41,945 bases of DNA from Candidatus Doudnabacteria bacterium (lineage in GTDB: Bacteria; Patescibacteriota; Doudnabacteria; UBA920): NCBI GenBank assembly GCA_038249015.1, contig JBBRWU010000001.1, positions 1-41,945 of the forward strand. Direction: 5' to 3'. Both the position numbers and the translations under genes were made by a program. The notes below the pieces were generated by a model that saw only the letters and a list, made by a program, of their open reading frames with translations, did no database searches and was not told the origin of the DNA. Position 1 is the first letter of the stretch; the number at the start of each line of letters is the position of its first letter. Shown one piece after another: positions 34,453 to 41,945 of the stretch.

Positions 34453-34815
34453 ATTACTTTTTCAATCCCTAATTATCAAACTCCGACCTTTAAGTATCAC
34501 TTTCAACTTTCCTACTTCGCTCAAGACTTCAGCGGACTCACTTTCTAACTTGAACATTTTTCGGTTTCCAATCACTGATGATTATTTTTTTGCCTTTCAA
34601 TTTTACCACAATACGCTGCTTCTCTTTCCATTTCACTTTTAAACAAATATGTATGAACCATAATTGGCGGGGCGAATATTTTTGTCCTTATATTTAGTAT
34701 TTGCCATATGTAAGCCCCGGTTAGAAAAAACGCTCTAACGAGGTAAATAATTATGTAAGGAATTAATTACTTATATAATAGCGCTAAAATGAAGTTTTGT
34801 TAAATACAGGCTAAA

Positions 34816-34850
34816 ATAGACGCCTTCTGATTATTTCAGAAGGCGTCTAT
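34816..34850 (-). terminator. Strong bidirectional hairpin terminator (15-bp perfect stem)
   Basis: atagacgccttctga-ttatt-tcagaaggcgtctat with A-runs and T-runs on both sides. Confidence 0.75.
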
Positions 34851-34875
34851 TTTAATTTTTCTTAAATGATACCTA

Positions 34876-35496
34876 TTACTTACAAAGCTGTGCGCTTCGG
34901 CATTGAAGTTTGGCTGCCGGGTCTGTTAAGCTATCACAAAGTTTACAGGCTTCCGGGTCTGAGCCGACCGGTTTGGCAGTAGCCGGAATTTTAGCAAAAT
35001 CCTGAAAAGTAATATTTGCAGGAGGAGTTAAAATTTCATCACTGGCAGTCCAAGCCTCACAACTAAAGTTCATCTGATTATTTAATTGCGCCTCAGCCTG
35101 ACCTGCAGATTGTGGTTCACTCAAAGACATCTTTACACCCATAGAGCCACCGTCCATCCAAATATAATTATATTTACCATCGGTTATCATATGACTGTTT
35201 ATTGTTCGTCCGTCTGTTTTTGCCTGAAAATCCCCGCGTAATTTATTATTGCTCATATAAACAACTCCCGAGGAATCCCCCGGCACGGTCGGGTCGTTAA
35301 AGGTACATTTTTGTGAAACCGATTGACCCATTAACTCTTTAAGAGTTGTGGATTTTTGGTTAGCCTGTTCCTGTTTTTTTTCGGAGGTTCCTGAATTTTG
35401 ATTTTTTACGACATTTTTGCGGCTTAGTGTAAACGCCCAAGCTGCTACCAAAAACACCAAGACAGCAACCCCTATCCATATTGCTTTTTTGTTCAT
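34876..35496 (-). CDS. Secreted or membrane-anchored hypothetical protein
   Basis: N-terminal signal anchor MNKKAIWIGVAVLVFLVAAWAF, with paired Cys residues in the C-terminal part. Confidence 0.6.
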   Translation of the reverse strand: MNKKAIWIGVAVLVFLVAAWAFTLSRKNVVKNQNSGTSEKKQEQANQKSTTLKELMGQSVSQKCTFNDPTVPGDSSGVVYMSNNKLRGDFQAKTDGRTINSHMITDGKYNYIWMDGGSMGVKMSLSEPQSAGQAEAQLNNQMNFSCEAWTASDEILTPPANITFQDFAKIPATAKPVGSDPEACKLCDSLTDPAAKLQCRSAQLCK

Positions 35497-35542
35497 ATAT
35501 TTTTTTTTAATTTTTCTTATAGATATTATAACACTAAATTTT

Positions 35543-35884
35543 TTAATTTCGGTTCAAACCTTCCAATATTTCATTCATCTCTTCACGGGCATCTCCTATT
35601 ACTCGCTCGGCGCCTTTTACTAAATTTTTTTCAGCCTCTAAAAGTGCCTGTTCAGATTGTAACTTCTCATAATTTTTTAGTAACTGTTATCTTATGCCAA
35701 AAAGCTCCTTTCCTCTATACTCCTGCTTTTCCAAATCTGCCACATTCCTGCCTGCTGAGTCAATCTGTGTTAAATAAAAATTATCTTTCCAGCGATTTAT
35801 TTCGGCCAATTCTACGTCTACCTCACTTACTCCTGGAATAACCGGTTTTGGTTGTGATTCTAGAGTTTCAAAAAATATACCCAT
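35543..35884 (-). pseudogene. Coiled-coil ORF interrupted by one in-frame TAA
   Basis: The 65-aa ORF ends at TAA (35687-35689). The same frame continues for 47 more codons (QLLKNYEKLQSEQALLEAEKNLVKGAERVIGDAREEMNEILEGLNRN*) with no start codon of its own. Confidence 0.4.
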
Positions 35885-35895
35885 ATAAATTATAT

Positions 35896-36744
35896 TTAGC
35901 CCTTTACTTCTGATTTAAAATTTTGTAATTGACCATAAATTATTTTTATGGTCGGATGTGCATTCAGTTCTTTTAATTTTTGTGCGTCAAAAATCATGGC
36001 GAGCAATGCTCCAACATTATTTAGTGCACCTTCATAATGAACGGCTAAATGCTTTAACTCGGGCTTGCCCAAAACATATTCTTTAAAAAATTTAAGTTGC
36101 AAAAATATTTGGTAAAGTACCAAGTCGCGATATAAATTATCGTTTTCTGTTTTTCCCTCCTGCCAATCGCGAACTACGCGGGTGGTATCAGCCGCGTTCA
36201 TCATAACCACCACCCTGGGCAAATGGTCAAGTGAACCTTCAAATGAACCGTCACTGGAACGAAAATATTTTACCTTCCCCAAATCCCCGCGCTCAATTTG
36301 CTCACGGATGATTTTAAATTTTTTTGACGGATCATGCTGGTAGGTTACGTCCAAAGCCAAACCCAAATATTTTTTTCCCTGTTTTCCGGGAAATTCTACA
36401 ACTCCGTCTATGCCGTTATGCAAATCATCATACTCAGTCGGCATGACCATCCGCGCATTTTTTCCAAACCATTCGGCACTGTTAGTTCGGTCACAAAATA
36501 CCGCTTCCAAACATTTGGCAAGCTTGTATTCAGGTTGTTCTGAATTGGAAAAATTCCTTTTTCGATTTTCAACATATCTCGCGTCATTTTTAACTTCTCT
36601 GGTATTTGCGGGGTTTGTGGCAAAAGATTCAATTTTAAGCGCGTTGCTTTCTATATATTCCAAGGCTCTTTTATAAGCACTTTCAATATCTATCGGTTTT
36701 TCCAATGCGGGTGTTTCATGTAAATTATGGTTTAATTCTGACAT
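35896..36744 (-). CDS. Hypothetical protein
   Basis: 282-aa ORF with no confidently recognised motif. Confidence 0.55.
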   Translation of the reverse strand: MSELNHNLHETPALEKPIDIESAYKRALEYIESNALKIESFATNPANTREVKNDARYVENRKRNFSNSEQPEYKLAKCLEAVFCDRTNSAEWFGKNARMVMPTEYDDLHNGIDGVVEFPGKQGKKYLGLALDVTYQHDPSKKFKIIREQIERGDLGKVKYFRSSDGSFEGSLDHLPRVVVMMNAADTTRVVRDWQEGKTENDNLYRDLVLYQIFLQLKFFKEYVLGKPELKHLAVHYEGALNNVGALLAMIFDAQKLKELNAHPTIKIIYGQLQNFKSEVKG

Positions 36745-36830
36745 ATTTGAATATATTTAAGACTACCTAAAGTATACGACAACTTTAGATAAATTAAAAC
36801 AGCACCTCGGTGTCGAAGCGCTGTTAAAAA

Positions 36831-37211
36831 TTAATTAACTCTACTTTCAGGAATTTCACCTTTTAATCTCTCGGCAGTCACTTGCGAGTTTTCGCCTGCC
36901 AATCCAGCTTGATTAAAGGCTTCCGCCAAACTATTATGAACGTCAGCTCTATTTCTAAATAACGCCGCGGCATCTTCTGGTGTCATATTGGATTGTTCTG
37001 CAACCTCTGTAAGCTCAACGACAATTCTCTGTCTTTCGTCCGGTGACATGGCCAAAAGTAACTCAGGATCTAAACCTCTCTGGCGTATTATATCTCGAAA
37101 CCTCCCAACCTCGCCTCGTTTTTGATGAGATCCTCTTAATTGACTTCTAAACGGCCCGGAGCTTTCTTCAGTTGGCACTTGAGGAGCACCTATAACTTCT
37201 TTGTAAGACAT
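36831..37211 (-). CDS. Hypothetical protein
   Basis: 126-aa ORF with no motif recognised. Confidence 0.5.
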   Translation of the reverse strand: MSYKEVIGAPQVPTEESSGPFRSQLRGSHQKRGEVGRFRDIIRQRGLDPELLLAMSPDERQRIVVELTEVAEQSNMTPEDAAALFRNRADVHNSLAEAFNQAGLAGENSQVTAERLKGEIPESRVN

Positions 37212-37284
37212 AATTTTTAAATTAAGTATTTACCTTTATTATAACAAAATTCCCGAAGTAATAAAACTTCGGGAATTTATAAAT

Positions 37285-39543
37285 TTATCTGTCAAAATTT
37301 CTGCGTGGGGGGCGGGAACCGCCATGGCCTCCACCGTGACCAAAGGACGGCTTGCGCGGTCCGCGGTCAAAACCTCTGTCTCCTCCGCCTGAGGCGGCCG
37401 AAGCCAACTGCTCGGCTGTTGGAGGCCCGGCAAAGGGTTTATGAGTTAAATTAATTCTGCCTTGGTCGTCAATTTCACTGACTTCCACTTTTAAGGTATC
37501 ACCAATTTTCACCACGTCTTCCACTTTATTTACCCGGTAGTTGGCCAGCTGGGAAATATGCACCAGTCCGTCTTTGCCTGGAAGAACTTGCACAAAAGCG
37601 CCAAAATCCATAATCCTAACGACTTTACCTTCGTAAATTTCTCCCGCCTGGACTTCTTTGACAATATTTTGAATCCATTCCACGGCTTTTTTGGCACTGT
37701 CGGCATCGGTAGAAGTTACCATAACCAAACCGTCATCTTCAATGTCAATTTTCACGCCCGGACAGCTGGCAATAATTTCATTAATAATTTTACCACCGCT
37801 ACCAATAACTTCGCGAATTTTATCCGGCTTGATTTTGAAAGAGGTAATGCGCGGAGCGTACGGGGACAAATCCGCGCGCGGAGCGGAAATTGCTTCTTTC
37901 ATTTTGCTGATGATGTGAATACGCGCGGGCTTGGCTTGCTCTAAAGCCTGCGCTAAAATATCCGCGCTTAAACCTTTCAACTTCATATCCAATTGTAATG
38001 CGGTAACGCCGTGTTCCGAGCCCGTAACTTTAAAATCCATATGTCCGTTAAAATCTTCAATGCCCGCAATGTCGGTTAAAACTTTAAAATTATTGGGGTT
38101 CTTTTCATCCATAACCAAACCCATAGCGCAACCGCCAATGACTTCCGTAATTGGCACGCCGGCATCCATAAGTGCTAATGTCGATCCACAAGTGGAAGCC
38201 ATAGAAGTAGAACCGTTAGAAGACATAATTTCGCTCACCAAACGCATAGTGTATGGAAAAGCTTCTTGAGTTGGTAACACAACCTCTACGGCGCGCTCGG
38301 CTAACATACCGTGACCAATCTCTCTACGACCCGGGCCGCGTAACGGAGCCACTTCGCCCACACTATAACCAGGCATATTATAGTGATGAATGTATCGTTT
38401 GGTCCGGCCTTCGGAAGGGTCTTCCATACCGTCCAAGGTTTGTTCATCGCCTTTACTGCCCAAAGTTACCACCGTAAGCGCTTGAGTTTCCCCGCGAGAA
38501 AACAACGCGCTACCGTGAGTTCTCGGCAAAACGCCGACTTCACAGGTAATGGTGCGGGTTTCGTTTAATTTTCTGCCGTCTACTCTGCGTTCATTTTCTA
38601 AAATTTGCTTTTGTTGATATTTCTTTAAAATTTTATCTATAGATTTAGCAACTTCTTTTTCTATGTTGACGCCGGCAATTTCCCCCACGGCTACTTTTAC
38701 CGCTTCCACAATTTCCTTAGACAACACCCTTACGTTATTTTCTCTTTCTTCTTTATTTTTTACGTAAAGCGCCGCATCCATTTTATCGACAGTTAAAAGT
38801 TCCTGGACTTTGGCAAAAACCTGTTCGTTGGGCTTAATAATAATCGGGTCCGTTTTGGCCTTGCCAACTAATTTTACAAAATCCAATTGACATTTTACTA
38901 ACTCGCCCAAATAACCTTGGGCAAATTTAATCCCTTCCACAATTTCTTCTTCTGTCACTAATTTCGCGCCCATTTCCACCATAATAATGTGCTCGCCGGT
39001 ACCGCAGACAATTAAATCCATAGTGGATGTAAGTTGCTGTTCGTGAGTCGGATTAATAACATATTTTCCTTCCAATTTACCCACTCTAACACCGGCTACA
39101 GGGCCGTCAAACGGCACATTGGAAATTGCCAAGGCCATAGAAGCGGCATTTACTGCCAACATGTCGGGCTCGTTTTCTCCGTCAATACACAAAACCATAG
39201 CAGTTACCTGCACGTCGTTGCGCATACCGTCCGGAAAAAGCGGCCTTAAAGTTCGGTCAATTACCCGGCCCTTTAAGATGGCATCGTCGGTGGCGCGGCC
39301 TTCGCGCTTAATCCACCTACTGCCTTTAATTTTTCCCGCGGCGTAAAGGCGTTCTTCATAATCCAGCAAAAGCGGGAAAAAATCTATTCCCTCTCTGGCC
39401 TTGTCGCTCATTATAGTTGTGGCTAAAACTACGGTGTCGCCGACGCGCGCCAAAACAGCGCCGCTGGCTTGTCCGGCCAATTTGCCGGTTTCAAATACAA
39501 AATCAGCCTCGCCGATTTTGCAAGAAATCTTTTTGGATTCCAT
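37285..39543 (-). CDS. pnp: Polyribonucleotide nucleotidyltransferase (PNPase) with a Gly/Arg-rich C-terminal tail
   Basis: Two RNase PH domains, then KH (IREVIGSGGKIINEI) and S1 (GEIYEGKVVRIMDFGAFV) domains. The tail reads GGGDRGFDRGPRKPSFGHGGGHGGSRPPRRNFDR. Confidence 0.95.
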   Translation of the reverse strand: MESKKISCKIGEADFVFETGKLAGQASGAVLARVGDTVVLATTIMSDKAREGIDFFPLLLDYEERLYAAGKIKGSRWIKREGRATDDAILKGRVIDRTLRPLFPDGMRNDVQVTAMVLCIDGENEPDMLAVNAASMALAISNVPFDGPVAGVRVGKLEGKYVINPTHEQQLTSTMDLIVCGTGEHIIMVEMGAKLVTEEEIVEGIKFAQGYLGELVKCQLDFVKLVGKAKTDPIIIKPNEQVFAKVQELLTVDKMDAALYVKNKEERENNVRVLSKEIVEAVKVAVGEIAGVNIEKEVAKSIDKILKKYQQKQILENERRVDGRKLNETRTITCEVGVLPRTHGSALFSRGETQALTVVTLGSKGDEQTLDGMEDPSEGRTKRYIHHYNMPGYSVGEVAPLRGPGRREIGHGMLAERAVEVVLPTQEAFPYTMRLVSEIMSSNGSTSMASTCGSTLALMDAGVPITEVIGGCAMGLVMDEKNPNNFKVLTDIAGIEDFNGHMDFKVTGSEHGVTALQLDMKLKGLSADILAQALEQAKPARIHIISKMKEAISAPRADLSPYAPRITSFKIKPDKIREVIGSGGKIINEIIASCPGVKIDIEDDGLVMVTSTDADSAKKAVEWIQNIVKEVQAGEIYEGKVVRIMDFGAFVQVLPGKDGLVHISQLANYRVNKVEDVVKIGDTLKVEVSEIDDQGRINLTHKPFAGPPTAEQLASAASGGGDRGFDRGPRKPSFGHGGGHGGSRPPRRNFDR

Positions 39544-39644
39544 TTGGTTGTCCTTTGTGTTTCAAAAGACTGACAAATTGACGATTCCTTATAACCATGC
39601 GGATTATAAGTCTTCGCTATATTTACCAACCTATTAAAACTTAA

Positions 39645-40040
39645 TTATTGCTTTTTGCTAAGTACTTCCTTAATTTTAGCTAAAATCTCGTCCGGTGTAA
39701 AGTAGGCCTTTACCATGTAGCCGTCTACCTTTAAGGCTTGGGTTTTTAAGATGTCTTCATTACTCCAAAGGTTAGATAGGACAATTATGGGGGTTGAGGC
39801 TAATTTTTTATCTTGATTGTTTCGAATTTTATCCAAAACCTGGAAACCGTCCATTTCCGGCATCATTAAATCCAATAACATTAAGTCCGGAGGGTACTGA
39901 TTACACATTTCTACTGCCTTAAGACCGTTTTCCGCGTGTCGGACATTAAACCCGGCTGCGTTTAGTTTATGGCTAACTATTTCGGCCATAGCCATATCAT
40001 CTTCGGCCACAATAATTTTAATTTGATTTTGGGTAGGCAT
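39645..40040 (-). CDS. Stand-alone response-regulator receiver domain (CheY-like)
   Basis: Contains IIVAEDD, LMLLDLMMPEMDG and the conserved K in VKAYF. 131 aa with no output domain. Confidence 0.85.
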   Translation of the reverse strand: MPTQNQIKIIVAEDDMAMAEIVSHKLNAAGFNVRHAENGLKAVEMCNQYPPDLMLLDLMMPEMDGFQVLDKIRNNQDKKLASTPIIVLSNLWSNEDILKTQALKVDGYMVKAYFTPDEILAKIKEVLSKKQ

Positions 40041-40204
40041 TAGGTTTCCTCCAAATTGCGTTTATTATATCATAAGTTACGCAAAAATGAAAATTTTTCC
40101 TGTAGAATTTTCTAGTGGCTGGTTAGTTTAATATTTATTTATTTTTTTGATAACGCCTATTAAACCTTTCATATTGTGGATTAAAAAGTCGGGATGGTAT
40201 TTTT

Positions 40205-40432
40205 TTAATTTAGCGGTTGTATAACATTTACATCTTCGTATTTCAGTACTGCCACTAAAATTACCGTCACTGCAGCTAATCCGGCAATAATAAAAACTGA
40301 CCAGTGCCAAAACTTTTTTCTGGGAGAAATTTCCGGCTTTGGAACTTCCAAGGCTATTGAAGTTGGCGAAGGTGTCGGTTGAACAGGAGGAATTGCAGAT
40401 GGAACAGGCTTAGGCATTATTTGTGTATCCAT
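40205..40432 (-). CDS. Small Pro-rich single-pass membrane protein
   Basis: 75 aa, with a Pro-rich N-terminus followed by the TM helix WSVFIIAGLAAVTVILVAVL. Confidence 0.4.
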   Translation of the reverse strand: MDTQIMPKPVPSAIPPVQPTPSPTSIALEVPKPEISPRKKFWHWSVFIIAGLAAVTVILVAVLKYEDVNVIQPLN

Positions 40433-40586
40433 AATTTTGTTTCAAAATTTACAAAAACTATTTGTTTAATTATACCACAAATACACATTTACAGAGGAAT
40501 TTCAACATAAATTATCCACAACCCTAATACAAATAGCTTGGTTGTTAAAATTTGACACAGATTAGATATTTATTTAGGAATATAAA

Positions 40587-40613
40587 AGGCGGCGATATGG
40601 AAAACCGCCGCCT
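40587..40613 (-). terminator. Hairpin terminator after the surface-protein gene
   Basis: aggcggcg-atatggaaaac-cgccgcct, followed on the minus strand by ttttat. Confidence 0.55.
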
Positions 40614-40684
40614 CTTAGTACAAGCAAGAATCCCCGAGTCCGATTGGGACGCAGTTATTTGCGAAGCTGTTGTACGATACTGCA

Positions 40685-41945
40685 TTAACGCACCGGTAGT
40701 GTACCGGCAAGAACAAAGTTGCCGGAAGAACCGTTACGCAACTTAATCTGAAAGTTGTCCACGTTCCTCAACTGAGCCAAGGCTTTCATGGAAGTGGACG
40801 TGACTGATGAGGCCACAACTCCCGCCTGGCACCCACTGGCGCAGTTCAATCCGAACACCCAAACCTGAGTGCTCGAATTAAAACCGGTGCCGTTAAAGTT
40901 AAGGGTAATGGTGTCCGTGGTCTTGGGACTATCCGGAGAAAACCAGAACCAGAAAACCGAGAGCGAAGGCGGTGGCGGTGGCGGAGCGGTAACTGTTACG
41001 TTTGGACACTGACCGGAGAGCTGTTGGCCATTATCCATAACGAGAACGGAAGCCGAGTAGGTTCCCGGGGAATTGTAAGTCCAGTTCACGCTTCGGGTGG
41101 TACCCGAAATATTGCCGGACCAGTTAAACCCCGGAGAGCCCGAACCACCACTCCAGTTAGCAATGTAAGTTATCTGCGTGCCGGTTTGCACCGACGTGGA
41201 GGAAACCGAACACGAGACATTGGACAGAGATGGAACGCTCGATTTTAACCCGACCGCAAAATTCACTGTCGCTCCGTCCAAAAGAGTTTGCGTTGGCGAA
41301 GGCGAGATACCGGTAATGGTATATCCACTCGGAGCCGTACAAGAAAGCGCGTAGCTTCCCGCGGGCTTAGAGCTTAACGTGGTCGGCGCGGTAATACTAA
41401 CACTGTTGAGCGAACAACTAACGCTAACGTTGTTGGTCGTTGAAACACTTACGGTGCCGGTGGTGGGGGCAGACGCCTGAACGTTTAAAGTCACAGAGGC
41501 AGTCGCCGTTTTATTGGTACTGTCCTTGGCCGTGACTGTCACGTTGGTGTTGCCTGTGGCGGTAGGAGTGTAGCTAATTTGACACGCCGTGCTATTAGAT
41601 ACATTCCAGTTGCAGGAGTAGCCGGTTCCGCTACCTCCGGAAGGTGTGGCCGTCAACTTTACCGCTGTGTTGACCTTGGGGCTCAAATCGCTTGAGGCCA
41701 GGGTAACGGACAGAACGGAAGACGCCGAAGTTTTTACAACATTTACAGCCATTGTGGCAATCACCGTAACCCCGGAGAGCGCCGCGTTATACTGGAAGTT
41801 GTAGGTACCAAGCGCAATACTAGTGGTCGGATAAAAGCTCACCCGAATCGGCAGTGTGCCGTTGGCGGGAAGAGCGGTTTTGGAAACGCCGTTAGGGCGT
41901 TCGTAAGAAAAGCCCGCTGGGCAAGAAACAATGCAATACAACGTG
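40685..41945 (-). CDS. Large Ser/Thr-rich surface protein with Ig-like repeats (C-terminal part; the gene continues beyond the window)
   Basis: The ORF is open to the window end. It has repeated segments of about 90 aa rich in S/T/G/V, a PPPPPP linker and a beta-rich C-terminal module. It is clearly more GC-rich than its neighbours. Confidence 0.65.
   Translation of the reverse strand, partial: TLYCIVSCPAGFSYERPNGVSKTALPANGTLPIRVSFYPTTSIALGTYNFQYNAALSGVTVIATMAVNVVKTSASSVLSVTLASSDLSPKVNTAVKLTATPSGGSGTGYSCNWNVSNSTACQISYTPTATGNTNVTVTAKDSTNKTATASVTLNVQASAPTTGTVSVSTTNNVSVSCSLNSVSITAPTTLSSKPAGSYALSCTAPSGYTITGISPSPTQTLLDGATVNFAVGLKSSVPSLSNVSCSVSSTSVQTGTQITYIANWSGGSGSPGFNWSGNISGTTRSVNWTYNSPGTYSASVLVMDNGQQLSGQCPNVTVTAPPPPPPSLSVFWFWFSPDSPKTTDTITLNFNGTGFNSSTQVWVFGLNCASGCQAGVVASSVTSTSMKALAQLRNVDNFQIKLRNGSSGNFVLAGTLPVR

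Noticed and set aside
34453-34700. Small ORFs in the island's upstream spacer (for example VKWKEKQRIVVKLKGKKIIISDWKPKNVQVRK)
   Set aside because: They have no ATG start with an SD and no recognisable family. They may be decayed gene remnants but cannot be supported.
1-41945. Alternative genetic code (UGA recoding, as in some CPR lineages)
   Set aside because: Long conserved genes (leuS, pnp, metG, glyA) are uninterrupted under the standard bacterial code. The single in-frame stop noted is a TAA in an uncharacterised ORF.

Overview
This 41.9 kb window looks like a small, AT-rich, streamlined bacterial genome, probably Patescibacteria/CPR. That placement is an inference from gene content and repeat style, since no search was possible. 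Every credible protein gene is on the minus strand, and the two tRNAs (Pro-GGG, Leu-CAA) are on the plus strand. The backbone is housekeeping: maf (partial), parB, a PAP2 phosphatase, uppP, glyA, tsaC/yrdC, leuS, tatD, metG, nfo, a Nudix hydrolase, an M16 peptidase, an M24 Xaa-Pro peptidase, a GGDEF protein, glyQS, tgt, pnp and a lone receiver domain. Five things stand out. (1) A visibly more AT-rich five-gene defence-type island at about 27.6-34.9 kb sits between tgt and a secreted-protein gene. It carries a Zn-ribbon protein, an orphan NPPF adenine methyltransferase, a translationally coupled RloC/PrrC-like ATPase with a zinc hook and an anticodon-nuclease-like tail, a class II Fic protein and a DUF262-HNH nuclease. 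(2) The LeuRS is 1198 aa and carries two complete extra enzyme domains: an alpha/beta serine hydrolase just before CP1 and a class I SAM methyltransferase inside CP1. (3) GC-rich palindromic mini-elements occur in intergenic DNA and also in frame inside at least five housekeeping genes. (4) A REP-associated tyrosine transposase (RAYT) is flanked by its REP hairpins, with gene relics beside it. (5) A 1.2 kb ORF-poor region downstream of parB has a strong promoter and hairpin terminators, which suggests an unclassified structured RNA. All functional calls come from motifs read in the supplied translations.
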